Notes: generated by a model not told the origin, from the letters alone. 64,000 bases of DNA from Candidatus Bathyarchaeota archaeon (GCA_963706285.1 CAVPLU010000009.1:32001-96000), one strand, 5' to 3'. Positions 29,817 to 40,589 are shown, counted from the first letter of the stretch. A program made the numbers and translations.

Positions 29817-30110
29817 CTATCGATGCGAGTATCGATAGACTCCGCCGAGCAAAATTGCCACTCCCAGGAAGATTAGCACTAGCGGCCAGAAATCCCTCAG
29901 CCCCAGCCAGCTCTGAAATAGGATCGAAAGTCCTAATGCTACTATGAAGAGACCCACGAGAACGCTGCCCCAATGGGATGGCAGGCCAAAGCACATCTCC
30001 GCCTCATGGCGGGTCCTTCCTCTTTCGACACCCATCAGGGGTCTTCCACATTGTGCGCACACCGCCGCGTCATCAGTGTTCTTCGCACCACATCTAACAC
30101 AATAAACCAA
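29817..30110 (-). CDS. Zinc ribbon plus two-TM (LiaF/LiaI-like) protein
   Basis: YCVRCG..CAQCG and FWPLVLIFLGVAIL. Confidence 0.75.
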   Translation of the reverse strand: MVYCVRCGAKNTDDAAVCAQCGRPLMGVERGRTRHEAEMCFGLPSHWGSVLVGLFIVALGLSILFQSWLGLRDFWPLVLIFLGVAILLGGVYRYSHR

Positions 30111-30286
30111 AATGAAACCGCCCTCTCCTTGTCATGATTGACATTGGCACGAAATATAATATCTTGCTATCTACCCCGATCGACCCCTTCGAAGTGCAGC
30201 GAATTAGACCAAGTTTCATCCTCGGTTATGCGTATGTGAGTGAATAGTTCAAAAGCCTGTACCCCCCAGGCTGATTAGAGGGATAT

Positions 30287-30607
30287 GTGTTGGTGCGTTG
30301 CGACGAATGCGGAACTGATCTGCCTCCCGTCGCTCAGTATTGCTTCAAGTGTGGATCACGCGTTGGCAGAGTGCCGACCGAAGAGTTCTCAGTGAGTTCT
30401 GATGACCTGGTCAAGAAGGTGAAGGACCTTCTCCATGAAGGGAATGTGAGAAGGATCATCGTAAGAGATGAACAAGGCCGGGTACTGCTTGAGGTGCCGG
30501 CTGCTGCCGGTTTAATCGGTGCCATATTGGCGCCTTGGCTAGCCGCCTTAGGTGCGATCGCTGCCTTGGTCACGGAATGCAAGATATCAGTTGAAAGGAG
30601 AGACTAG
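30287..30607 (+). CDS. Zinc ribbon plus DUF4342 protein
   Basis: CDECG..CFKCG and LVKKVKDLLHEGNVRRIIV. Confidence 0.85.
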   Translation: MLVRCDECGTDLPPVAQYCFKCGSRVGRVPTEEFSVSSDDLVKKVKDLLHEGNVRRIIVRDEQGRVLLEVPAAAGLIGAILAPWLAALGAIAALVTECKISVERRD

Positions 30608-30608
30608 A

Positions 30609-31095
30609 ATGAATTCTAAGACTTCAAACCAGCGATCGTGGGATGAGTACCGACGAGACGACACTAGCTGGATCTCATTTGGAGCATTCCTGATAATTAT
30701 CGCCGTTCTCTATCTTAGAACACCAGGTCTTGTCTCGCAAGTAAACGCCTTTGTACATGACTTCCGACTGGTTCAGGTCTTTCAGAACGTCTACTGGTTT
30801 ATGCCTTCCACAAATCATCCCTCGCTGTATGCTGTCGCTGAGCAGTTCTGCTACGCCTTCGGTCTTGTGCACAGTTGCAGTGCTTGGTCTAGAGATCGCC
30901 AAGGGATCGTCAACTCATAGAAAAGCAAGGACTTCCTCAAGCATCGTTTTCTGGTTGGGAGCAGGATACATTCTGAGTCTGCTGTCCCAAGGAGCGCTTT
31001 CATGGCTATCCTTCATTGCGAGCCTGATCATCCTGATGGGCGTCTCAATTGTCGTCCGAGCGCTAATCCTCGTGTTCGCTCGGCATTCGCCGTAG
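30609..31095 (+). CDS. Membrane protein (frameshift near 30875)
   Basis: Hydrophobic helices continue from ORF 30552-30920 into 30751-31095. Confidence 0.65.
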
Positions 31096-31099
31096 CGAA

Positions 31100-31420
31100 T
31101 TGTTCGGTGATCCAATGCCCTTTTGTGCTAAATGTGGCGCGAGCCTCGTAGAGGGCGCGAGCTTCTGTTTGAAGTGTGGCGCAGCAATATCTGGAGCCGC
31201 AGATCTGAGCAACGCCATTACGGGCGCCTTGACTGCGGCTGGGAGGACGATCGGGGAAGCTTTCAAAATCGCCGGAAATGAGATTGAAAAAGCTCTCAGA
31301 GACGCGAGGAGTGACCTTTCTGATCAGGGAGGCCCTTTTTGCCCGAAGTGTGGAACGCGGAACCCACTCAGTGCTGGTTTTTGTTTTTCTTGCGGTGCAA
31401 GAATCCCATCAATAGCATGA
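31100..31420 (+). CDS. Double zinc-ribbon protein
   Basis: N- and C-terminal CxxC..CxxC ribbons flank an amphipathic helix. Confidence 0.8.
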   Translation: MFGDPMPFCAKCGASLVEGASFCLKCGAAISGAADLSNAITGALTAAGRTIGEAFKIAGNEIEKALRDARSDLSDQGGPFCPKCGTRNPLSAGFCFSCGARIPSIA

Positions 31421-31595
31421 AACGCTCCAAAGATCCGCATGATCGCCGATATCTAAAGTTTCAAACTGGGCATGCGATGGTTCCAGGGCGAATTTAGGTA
31501 GCTTCAATACCAACGGTTCATACGAGAGCCCTTTGAGAGTGAACTAAACGGGGCGCAGGTTCGGAAACAGAAATCGCAGCCAAGGCAGGAGCGAG

Positions 31596-31760
31596 ATGAA
31601 GGCTCTGGAATGCCCGCGCTGTCATGCTCAAGTAAGACTAGACCAATACCGAGACCACATCACAAAATGTACCGGGCCAGAACCCACCCCAACCCCGGTG
31701 AAAGCACCCGAGACAACCGCGACTGAAGGCCAATTGGCCCAGCCTTCGCAGGCTCCCTAG
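31596..31760 (+). CDS. 54-aa C2HC zinc-finger micro-protein (absent from the ORF track)
   Basis: AGGAG then ATG; MKALECPRCHAQVRLDQYRDHITKC followed by a Pro/Thr tail. Confidence 0.7.
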   Translation: MKALECPRCHAQVRLDQYRDHITKCTGPEPTPTPVKAPETTATEGQLAQPSQAP

Positions 31761-31795
31761 TTCTGTGACCGCCGTGGACCGATCCGGATGTTAGC

Positions 31796-32107
31796 TTGTT
31801 CTTGAAACACACTTGTAGACGTTCCGGAGACTGCTGCATAATTCACTGGGGATCTTTCGAGGCAACCCACGAAGACATAATCCGTTGGAAGACAGAGGGA
31901 CGAGAAGATATTCTTAGCTACCTATCGATTGACGCGAGCGACCCCCACGATTTGCGTGGCCTTTTCACTACCGGAAGTTGCCCCTTCTTGAGCAAAGACA
32001 ACCAAGGCGAACTCTATTCGTGCACCATTCACCACACCAAGCCTTTCTACTGCAAACTCTACCCTGATGATGGCTTCTGTGAGCACGAAGAGATCACCGA
32101 GATCTAA
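31796..32107 (+). CDS. YkgJ/CxxCxxCC-like cysteine-cluster protein
   Basis: CRRSGDCC, CPFL and CTIHHTKPFYCKLYP. Confidence 0.8.
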   Translation: MFLKHTCRRSGDCCIIHWGSFEATHEDIIRWKTEGREDILSYLSIDASDPHDLRGLFTTGSCPFLSKDNQGELYSCTIHHTKPFYCKLYPDDGFCEHEEITEI

Positions 32108-32181
32108 TCAGCCTAGGAACCAGTCCGAGTTTACTTGCGCCCTTCGATTGCTGTGGCAGGTCTTACTGGACCGGCAAAATA

Positions 32182-32566
32182 CTATGCCTTGGGCAATCTG
32201 CCAGCGAACTCCCTTACCTGATTATCGTATTCCGAGCTGTCGAGGGTGACTTCAGCTGGATCCTCATTAGAAACCACCACGTCAACATGACCTAACGGCG
32301 CATGGAAGTGCAACCCATACGAGACCGGTTCAAACCCAAATCTATCTCTGAGCATTCTTCATGAGTTCTTCTAAGACCATTTTGGAGTCATATTCACGTT
32401 TGCCGACTAACTTCCCACCGGATACCCGGATTTCAGTGAATCCTCCTTTTCCATGAAGATGCGCATTTGTCTCAACGAGGGCAAGTCCATTCTGCTCAAA
32501 GTACTTGCTAGCCCGATCCAGCGCTTCCAAAGCATCCAGCCTCGTCTTGACGGATAGTTTTAGCAT
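32182..32566 (-). CDS. Hypothetical protein (frameshift near 32345)
   Basis: ORF 32342-32566 continues in another frame (DRFGFEPV...EYDNQVREFAGRLPKA*). Confidence 0.55.
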
Positions 32567-32732
32567 GTTTCATCTCTGAGACCCCTGCCTGTGGGGAGAA
32601 TAAGACTTCGCCAAGACAAATCGCAATCATACAATGCCCGGATATGTACAAAAAACAACTTTCCAGTGTTCGTTCGAAAGGATAAACGAAGCATATGATC
32701 GAATGTGTCCATGCAGCACCCGTCTTTTTTCG

Positions 32733-34425
32733 CTAAAGCTCTTCTGCTCGGGACTTGTTCACTATGGGCATTCGCCAGCCGATTCCGAATGCCTTTCTGC
32801 TAATCTTTATCGATGGAGCCGCCTGCCTGCGCTTGTATTCGGCAGACTCTTATTCGCTCAAGTATGTCCTTCGCGAGCTTACGATCGTAGCCTAAGCCAA
32901 CGAGCTCCTTGACGGACCGACGATTCTCAACTATCTCATCCACAAGTGGCGAAACGACTGAGTAATCGAACGGGTCGTACTGATCTGGTTTCAGCTCTGC
33001 GGACGGTGTCTTAGTGATGCTGCTCTTGGGTATCACCTCGAATTTCCGGCGTAGGTTATAGTACTCTGACAAGGCGTAGACTTCGGTCTTGCTGACATCG
33101 CCTATGACCGCGAGTCCGCCGCTCATATCTCCATAGAGAGTGCAGTAGCCAAGGGCGAGTTCAGTTTTGTTCCCGGTCGTTAAGACGAGGTGCCCAAACT
33201 TGTTGGAAAGAGCCATCAGAATGTTCCCTCGGATTCGTGCCTGAATATTCTCCTCGGTCACATCTGCCGGGTGTCTCTCCAAGGGTTGTTCCAGCGTCCT
33301 CTCGTAGGCTCCGAAAATTCCGTCAATCGGGATAGTCATGTAAGTGATTCCGAGATTCCTCGAAAGCGATTCGGCGTCGCGTTTGCTGTGATCGCTGGAG
33401 TATCGAGACGGCATTGAGACGCCCACCACGTTTTCTCGTCCGAGCGCCTCAACCGCTATCGCAGCTGTGAGCGCCGAGTCAATTCCACCGCTTAATCCAA
33501 CTACCGCTTTCTCGAACCCCGTCTTTCTGAAATAGTCGCGGACCCCCAATGCGAGGGCCGTGAATACGGACTCCTCCCTGTTGTAAGGCGGCGATGTTAC
33601 AGCTGACGCTGTGCCCGATGTAATCTTGAGATCAACGACAACCAAATCCTCCTCAAACGGTCTGCCGATTCCAACGAGTTCTCCTCGACTGTCGACAGCA
33701 AGGCTCTCTCCGTCGAAGACCAGTTCATCTTGTCCGCCAACCATGTTCACATAGAAGAACGGCCTTCCTAGCGCTGTAGCCTTCGATTTGAGAAGCTTCT
33801 CTCTCACCAGCCGCTTTTCCACATAGAAAGGCGACGCGTTAATGTCGACAACAACCTCAGCGCCTTTCTGCACAAGATCCGCTATTACATGACGCTCATA
33901 TCGGAGCTCCTCGTCCCACAAATCCTCACAGATAGAGACTCCAAGTCTGACTTTCTCTCCCCTAACAGTTACCGCAATGGGATCATTTCGAACGGCAGGC
34001 TTGAAGTATCGCAACTCATCAAAAACATCGTAAGTTGGCAGCAGTGTCTTGTGCACGATCTCAACAATCAAGCCATCATGACACACTGCAGCTGCGTTGT
34101 AGATATTGGACTGATCATGATCGACAAAACCAAAAACAGAGATCAACTCCGATGATTGCTCTGCAAGTTGTACGGCAAGCCTCTTGTTCTCTGCAATGAA
34201 CTCCAACGGGCCACTGGGCAGTTCACCATTCTTGGTTCGGATTTCTCTAGGAGGCAGCAGGTCGAGTGGCGGATACCCGGTTATCACCATCTCCGGGAAC
34301 GCTAGCAGATCAACATTGAGCTCCACCGCTTTCTTCATGAACGATTTGACAAGATCCGCATTGCCCTCTAGGTCACCAACAGTGGGGTTGACCTGCGCCA
34401 TTCCGACTCGAAGGATCGTCATCAT
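32733..34425 (-). CDS. nadE: Glutamine-dependent NAD+ synthetase (frameshift near 32847)
   Basis: Nitrilase domain (FPE, ICEDLW), SGGIDS and TGNKTE; AEYKRRQAAP...RMPI C-terminus in the shifted frame. Confidence 0.93.
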
Positions 34426-34599
34426 ACCGAACCAGCAGTCAACAATCGTAGTATCGGAACCTACTATATGAAACGCGTATCAATGGGCTAAATCATCAAT
34501 TGATCGCGGAGATCTGCCATGTAATGCAGTAATGATCTGATTCAAGCCTGGTAAGAGCTTAAGAGGAAATTCTTGCATACATGCGAATCGCGGTGTGCA

Positions 34600-35166
34600 A
34601 TGTTGTCCACTGACCTTCGGCAAAAACTAATCGCCCTCGGCACCTCAAACCCTCTGCTCACCATCCGCCCAGGCGACGACTGCGACCTCTATCTTTCACA
34701 TACAATCGTTGACTCGAAGTACTACGGAGTAGCCTCCAAAGAACAAGTCAAGAAGCAATATGCAGCTAAGATGTGGCTCGTTGAATCTGAACGCACTGTG
34801 AAGTACCGAGAGATCATCCAAGAACGGGATCAGAGTGCAGGAATCCTACCAGCACCGAAACTAACCTTTCAGAAGAGCTTCGTCAAAGGCAAGGTTCTCT
34901 TCCAGAAAGAGAAGAGCGTAGCCTTCGGCTTCAAGAAACCAGCCGACCCCAGTAGCTTCGGCAAGGTGTACGAATATGACTTCGATGTCACAAAGATTCG
35001 CGGCCCTGTGAAGGAGTTGGTTGAAGCAAACGGCTGGAGATTCGAACAGATAATTCTAGACTATCAACCAACTCGCGGCCGAGACCAAGGTTTCTGCGGC
35101 AAATGTGGCGCAGCATTGCCTTCAGGAGCGGCGTTCTGCGCAAACTGCGGACAGAGGGTTCCCTAG
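34600..35166 (+). CDS. Hypothetical protein with C-terminal zinc ribbon
   Basis: FCGKCG..FCANCG at the C-terminus. Confidence 0.75.
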   Translation: MLSTDLRQKLIALGTSNPLLTIRPGDDCDLYLSHTIVDSKYYGVASKEQVKKQYAAKMWLVESERTVKYREIIQERDQSAGILPAPKLTFQKSFVKGKVLFQKEKSVAFGFKKPADPSSFGKVYEYDFDVTKIRGPVKELVEANGWRFEQIILDYQPTRGRDQGFCGKCGAALPSGAAFCANCGQRVP

Positions 35167-35486
35167 GCTAGTTGTTGGTCATCAATTAGGATCAGAGAAG
35201 ATGCGTGCACCCTTCATTTCCGCGCAACAGTTTCCTAAACAAGCCGACAGAGTGTACCAGTGAGGCTCTGGGAGTTGCCCGTCGAGATCGTCGGAAGAGA
35301 ATCCGGTTTCGCATACTTCAAGGAAGGCGATGAGGTGAGGGTAAACGACGACGCAGTGCTAGCACCTGAAACAGTCCGCGGCCTGGTCGGAACTGTCCTG
35401 CACCGATCGCACATTGGCCAAGCGCCATTCGCGCATTTCCACTGAATTCAGAGAAAAGACTTCGATAAGAGAAGCGCTGATGAATC

Positions 35487-36020
35487 TTAACGTTCTTTGT
35501 TTCCATACTTCTCATAATGAACGATTTCATCCAAGTGTTTTCTGTACTTTGCCTTCGGCTTTTCATCTACATAGCCTAAGGTCAGTAGGGACACCACTCG
35601 AAGGTTCTTAGGAACATTCAGCAGCTCCTTCACCTCCACTTCATTGTAGGCACCAATCCAACAGGAACCTATGCCCAGATCCCAGGCTGTCAGTGCCATA
35701 TTCTCGATGGCAATGGCCAAATCGATAAGGAACCCTTCAAATGGGCCGACGCTTGCACTTTCATCCGGATTCGCCAGACAAACCAGCACAGCAGCAGCCT
35801 GCCCAACGAAGGCCTGACCTCCCGCAACATGAACCAATTTTTTCCTAATGGCTCGATCTGTCACGACGATGAATTCCCAAGGCTGGCGATTATCTGCAGA
35901 CTGCGCCATCCTCGCCGCCTCCAGAATATCCAGCAACGCTTCTTTGGGTATGGCTTTTTCCATGTATCTTCTTGTCGAGACTCTCGCTTTGATAAGGTCT
36001 AAGACTGGCAACACTAACAC
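35487..36020 (-). CDS. Nitroreductase family protein
   Basis: RVSTRRY, SADNRQPWEF and LGIGSCWIG. Confidence 0.92.
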   Translation of the reverse strand: MLVLPVLDLIKARVSTRRYMEKAIPKEALLDILEAARMAQSADNRQPWEFIVVTDRAIRKKLVHVAGGQAFVGQAAAVLVCLANPDESASVGPFEGFLIDLAIAIENMALTAWDLGIGSCWIGAYNEVEVKELLNVPKNLRVVSLLTLGYVDEKPKAKYRKHLDEIVHYEKYGNKER

Positions 36021-36180
36021 CGAGATTCCGTCAAGAATCTTTGTGACTTAAAGCTTGAATAGGAAAGGTGTCCGACGACGAATGCGTGCTGATAGCAAGA
36101 AGGGTCTGGTTATAAGAGCCTGCTTCCCTCTGCTGCTGGAATATGGATAGTAGACGACTGCCAGAAAAATTGAGCCTATC

Positions 36181-37095
36181 GTGATCAGGTTGAAATCCAG
36201 ATCGAAGAAATCGAAATCAACGCGACGGCGTGCAATCAGAGTCGGCGAGGTAGCTGGGGCCTTGGCCCTAATATTGGCTGTCGCGTTTGTAGTGTATATC
36301 ATAATCCCGCCGCAAACTCCGATTTCAGAAAAGCAATCGCCAAAGGCAGTAATTGTAGATGAGGTCAGCGTACAATTCGCAAACCCACAGTTCATCGAAA
36401 CAGTTCAAAGCATAATGAGCGCAGAGGATTTGGGTGTTGACACCTACGGGGCCCAAAGTGTTACTGTGAAGTTCTACGGCACATTGCCAACGTACGGTTA
36501 CAAGTTAATACTGCTGAGAGTTCACGGAGGGGTCGATCAGCAGACGGAAGGTCATCCAGTCGGCTTGTACACTTCAGAACCTTACAGCGAACTCAGCTAC
36601 CCTCAAGAGCAGTTGTCTGGCCTAGTTGCTACTGGACGCTCTTACAACCGTAGCGAGCAGGCCGTATTTGCAGTTACGCCCAAATTCATCGCGGAGAGGT
36701 CTGCAGCTGACTATCACGGTGCTCTAATCATCATTACGGGCTGTTATGGATTGTTCAGTGTAGATCTGCCCAAAGCTTTCGTCGATCGAGGTGCATCTGC
36801 CGTCATAGGATGGAACGGGCTCGTTGGGTCCGAGCACACAGACAAAGCAACGCTCTACTTGTTGAGAGAATTGTTGACTCAGAAGCGCAGCATCAGCGAA
36901 TCCATCCGAGCCGCAATTGATGAGGTTGGACCTGACCCTGACCACAACAGCACCATGAGGTACTACCCGAAAGAGGCAGGCGATTTGAAATTCTCCGGAA
37001 TTATCGAAGGATCCGCTTTTGAGTCAGGCGCCGCAATTTCGTCGCCAGTTGCTCTCATTGATACGAAAGAAAGATCAAGCGCTCACAAGATCTGA
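36181..37095 (+). CDS. Membrane-anchored protein with CHAT/caspase-like fold motifs
   Basis: Basic N-terminus plus TM; LILLRVHGG, IIITGCYG and AFVDRGASAVIGW. Confidence 0.65.
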   Translation: MIRLKSRSKKSKSTRRRAIRVGEVAGALALILAVAFVVYIIIPPQTPISEKQSPKAVIVDEVSVQFANPQFIETVQSIMSAEDLGVDTYGAQSVTVKFYGTLPTYGYKLILLRVHGGVDQQTEGHPVGLYTSEPYSELSYPQEQLSGLVATGRSYNRSEQAVFAVTPKFIAERSAADYHGALIIITGCYGLFSVDLPKAFVDRGASAVIGWNGLVGSEHTDKATLYLLRELLTQKRSISESIRAAIDEVGPDPDHNSTMRYYPKEAGDLKFSGIIEGSAFESGAAISSPVALIDTKERSSAHKI

Positions 37096-37130
37096 ATTCT
37101 CTACCACTCCATGGGACGGGCTTTGAGGTT
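37009..37130. repeat. ~120-bp direct repeat, left copy
   Basis: tcaggcgccgcaatttcgt.gccagttgctctcat.gatacgaaa...gatcaagcg...acaagatctga...gggacgggct.tgagg recurs at 46013-46134. Confidence 0.9.
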
Positions 37131-37340
37131 AGATAGCTCGACCTCCTGTGCGATCCACGGTCTGATATGGGGCATTTTGTTTTCATCTGAAGTGCAGCTT
37201 TCCCCAATATGGGATCAGTGCTGGCGCGGAAGCAATGAACAATGTAAATTCAGGAGCCGTTTACCGGTCGAGCTATGCGTGTGATTGTTTTGTCTCGAGC
37301 CAGACAAGACAAAGGCGAATAGTGTAGGGGTCGACGCATA

Positions 37341-39203
37341 GTGGGCGGAATAGCAGGCGAGTTACGTTTTGATGGAAAGATCAGTGACCTTTCGACCACC
37401 AAGGCAATGTGTGATGCCCAAGTCCACAGAGGGCCCGACGAAGATGATTACTATGCGAACGGGGCAGTGAGTCTCGGCGCGCGCCGTATTTTGGCCGGCA
37501 GCCTAACCCGAAATCTATACCCACTGCACAACGAGAACCACTCAATACATCTCGTTCTGGATGGTGAAATAGAGACTTGCTCGGATCTCAGAGTCAAGCT
37601 TGAAAAATGTGGACACGAGTTTCGCTCAAGAGCCTCTGCAGAATTGGTCGTCCATTCGTATGAACAGTGGGGCACCCGATGTCTACTTGAACTGACCGGT
37701 TCGTTTGCATTCGCCTTATGGGATGAACCCAAAGAAATCCTGTGGCTCACCAGAGATCGGTTCGGAATCAAGCCGCTCTACTACCATATGAGCAGCAGAT
37801 TCCTTGCTTTTGCCTCTGAAATAAAACCCCTGCTGCGGCATCCAGATATTCCGGCAAAACCCAACGCGAGTGTACTGAGGGACTATCTGCAAAGAGGATA
37901 TGCAACTGGAGCAGCAACAGATACCTTCTTTGAAGGAATTGACCGTCTACTGCCGGGGAACTACCTTCTAATCCACGCCGACGGGATCGTCAAACGGCAA
38001 AGATACTGGAACCCGATAGTCTCGAGAGAGCTGAACGGCAGGACATCGATTAGAGCAATAGAGATGACTCGCGACCTATTCTTCGAAGGGGTAAGGCAGC
38101 AACTCCCCCTGAACACTGCATTCGGCGTGACGCTGAGTGGCGGAATAGACTCTTCGTCAATCGTGTGCGCCGTAAAGAAGGTCGATCCGACCCGGCAGCG
38201 AGTCAAGGTTTTCTCAGCCCTTTTTCCAGGTCAATCAATCGATGAGAGCGCACATATCAACATCATATGCGAAGCAACGGAACCTGAGAAACATCACGTG
38301 ACGGTGACGGCAGACGATTTCTGGCACGACCTGCCCACTCTTCTCAGATGTCAAGAGACCCCTCTCAGCTTGACATTTGCGTACCCGCAGTGGCGACTCA
38401 TGAAATGTGCAAGAGAACAAGGTATCAGGATTATGTTTGAAGGTCACGGGGGTGACGAGCTGCTCTGCGGATACTCACTTTACTACTTCTACTACTTCAT
38501 GACTCTAATTGCACAAAGGAAATGGCGGAAGTTACTGGTTGAAGTCCTTCGCAGTCGTGACCAAACTTGGGACGAAGCTGAGAGCCTCTTCAGAACGTAC
38601 TCTCCTAATGTTGGGCGGTACGTGCGATCTCTGATCAGGAAGGTTTTTAGTAATGAAAATCGATCAACGCGCCAAATCTCCGAATCGAGTCAGATTGACG
38701 TGTCAAGTCTCACCACTGACTTGGCCTCGAAACTCGAAATCGACATGGCTTTAGACTCCATTCCGACAGCACTCGTTTGCGTGGACAAGAACTCAATGTG
38801 GCACAGCATCGAAATCAGAACTCCTTTTCTCGAGGAGAAGTTCGTCGCGCACTGCGTCTCGCTGCCACTAGATCAGAAGATGCGAGACGGCTGGACGAAG
38901 TATGCTTTTCGTCTAGCTATGAAAAACACACTTCCTGAACAGATTCGCCTCCGACGAAACAAGATAGGATTTCAAATGCCTCATCTGAGTTGGATCAAGG
39001 GCGAGCTTCGGCAGAAGCTGAGGGATTTCTTTTCAGATCCAAACCTTAGGGGGACTCGATACTACAACAGCCAGACAGCAAGGCACATCCTCAGCAAAAA
39101 GATAATGACAGTGCGCGATGCCAACATTATCTGGCGTATGCTGAACGTTGAGCTGTGGTTCCGAGAGTTCTTCTCAGAAAAGACAAGAGAAATGGAGAAA
39201 TAG
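37341..39203 (+). CDS. Asparagine synthetase-like amide ligase lacking the catalytic Cys1
   Basis: MGGIAG, HRGPD, RDRFGIKPLYY, SGGIDSS, GHGGDEL and EIRTPFL. Confidence 0.88.
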   Translation: MGGIAGELRFDGKISDLSTTKAMCDAQVHRGPDEDDYYANGAVSLGARRILAGSLTRNLYPLHNENHSIHLVLDGEIETCSDLRVKLEKCGHEFRSRASAELVVHSYEQWGTRCLLELTGSFAFALWDEPKEILWLTRDRFGIKPLYYHMSSRFLAFASEIKPLLRHPDIPAKPNASVLRDYLQRGYATGAATDTFFEGIDRLLPGNYLLIHADGIVKRQRYWNPIVSRELNGRTSIRAIEMTRDLFFEGVRQQLPLNTAFGVTLSGGIDSSSIVCAVKKVDPTRQRVKVFSALFPGQSIDESAHINIICEATEPEKHHVTVTADDFWHDLPTLLRCQETPLSLTFAYPQWRLMKCAREQGIRIMFEGHGGDELLCGYSLYYFYYFMTLIAQRKWRKLLVEVLRSRDQTWDEAESLFRTYSPNVGRYVRSLIRKVFSNENRSTRQISESSQIDVSSLTTDLASKLEIDMALDSIPTALVCVDKNSMWHSIEIRTPFLEEKFVAHCVSLPLDQKMRDGWTKYAFRLAMKNTLPEQIRLRRNKIGFQMPHLSWIKGELRQKLRDFFSDPNLRGTRYYNSQTARHILSKKIMTVRDANIIWRMLNVELWFREFFSEKTREMEK

Positions 39204-39288
39204 AGAATTCGTGCATCGTAGCTCTTGCCTGGGACTGAACGATGCGGACTCATGCTAGCCATGATCGATACGCGCGGGACGGATTTCC

Positions 39289-40548
39289 ATGTTGGTTTCC
39301 GAAGTCAAGATAATTACGTCAGGAGCCTCCTGCGAACTGCAGGCTTCGGTGAGGAGTGACGCTACTGGGAAACCGTTTCTGCTTCGATACCGTTTTCCTC
39401 GCGGGTACGAGCGATTCATCAGCGTCGAGAACGGTGACCCGTTCCTAGCAGCGCTCTTGTTGCCCGCCATGAAATCGCATGAACCACTGGAGATAGCTGC
39501 AGCGATTTCTCCGAAACTTAATCATTCCGTCGATGCAATCCAGCGAATCTACAAATCCTGGGATCAAACGCTCTCGAAAGTGAATATCAAGGCGCCTGTC
39601 TGTAAAGCGTCATCATCAGCCCATAATCATTCGCGCCACGCCCTATTCTTTTCCTGCGGAGTTGACTCCTACTATTCGCTCTTGAAGAACTTGCAGAACC
39701 ACCCGATAGGCAAGGAAGCAATTACTGATCTACTCGTTGTTCACGGCTTTGATATCGCGTTTGGAAGAAGAAATACCAGAATGTTCGATACGCTTGTGGC
39801 GAACTCGAAGAAGGTGGGACGGGAGTTCCACAAGAACGTACTGCCCGTCGCTACGAACCTAAGAGACTTCGGTGACCGCTTCATTAACTGGCGCGCTTTG
39901 TATTTCGGCGCTTTCTTGGCCAGCATTGGGCTGGCTCTAGAAAGTGTATTCGACAGAGTCTATGTAGCCTCAGCGCATAGCTACGCTCAGATCGCACAAA
40001 GAGATCGCGCAGGGATGATTGAAGGATCCCACCCAGATTTGGACCCTTTGTGGTCAACTGAGCGAGTATCGTTTGTACATGATGGTTGCGAAGCAACCAG
40101 ACTCGAAAAGATAGGTTTCATCACAAAGTTCCCCATAGCTTTGCAGACACTGCGAGTCTGTATCATTGACAGCTACGGAGGTGGCCTATACAATTGTGGA
40201 TCTTGTCACAAATGCTTGAGAACAATGATTGCCCTGCACATTATCGGGGCGCTGCAGAAATGCAGTACTCTGCCTAACTCAATTGATCTGGGGAGGCTGT
40301 CCAACACTTGGATTTCTGATCCGAACGCAAGGGACATGCTGCAAACGCTCGTCAGGCATCTTGGATCTTCAGAGGCTGACTTGGCAATAGGATCTGCCCT
40401 TGAACAAGTTCTTTCCGAGAAATCGAGGGCAAGGCGTCACTTTCTCGGGACCACGACGTATCTTTTGAGCCTTTACACGCCCTTCTTATTGCGTCCATGG
40501 AATAGAGTCCAGCATTTCACCACGAGGTCACGTCCAAGAACCAAGTGA
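39289..40548 (+). CDS. PP-loop (adenine nucleotide alpha-hydrolase-like) protein with Cys cluster
   Basis: FFSCGVDS, GSHPDLDPLWS and LRVC...NCGSCHKCLRT. Confidence 0.75.
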   Translation: MLVSEVKIITSGASCELQASVRSDATGKPFLLRYRFPRGYERFISVENGDPFLAALLLPAMKSHEPLEIAAAISPKLNHSVDAIQRIYKSWDQTLSKVNIKAPVCKASSSAHNHSRHALFFSCGVDSYYSLLKNLQNHPIGKEAITDLLVVHGFDIAFGRRNTRMFDTLVANSKKVGREFHKNVLPVATNLRDFGDRFINWRALYFGAFLASIGLALESVFDRVYVASAHSYAQIAQRDRAGMIEGSHPDLDPLWSTERVSFVHDGCEATRLEKIGFITKFPIALQTLRVCIIDSYGGGLYNCGSCHKCLRTMIALHIIGALQKCSTLPNSIDLGRLSNTWISDPNARDMLQTLVRHLGSSEADLAIGSALEQVLSEKSRARRHFLGTTTYLLSLYTPFLLRPWNRVQHFTTRSRPRTK

Positions 40549-40589
40549 TACCAACCGCGTAGAAGCCCTATGCAGAGATCCGTGCCCTA

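Noticed and set aside
37341-39203. Lasso peptide cluster
   Set aside because: No B1/RRE or B2 transglutaminase-like peptidase and no plausible precursor nearby; the neighbours fit glycan-type loci better
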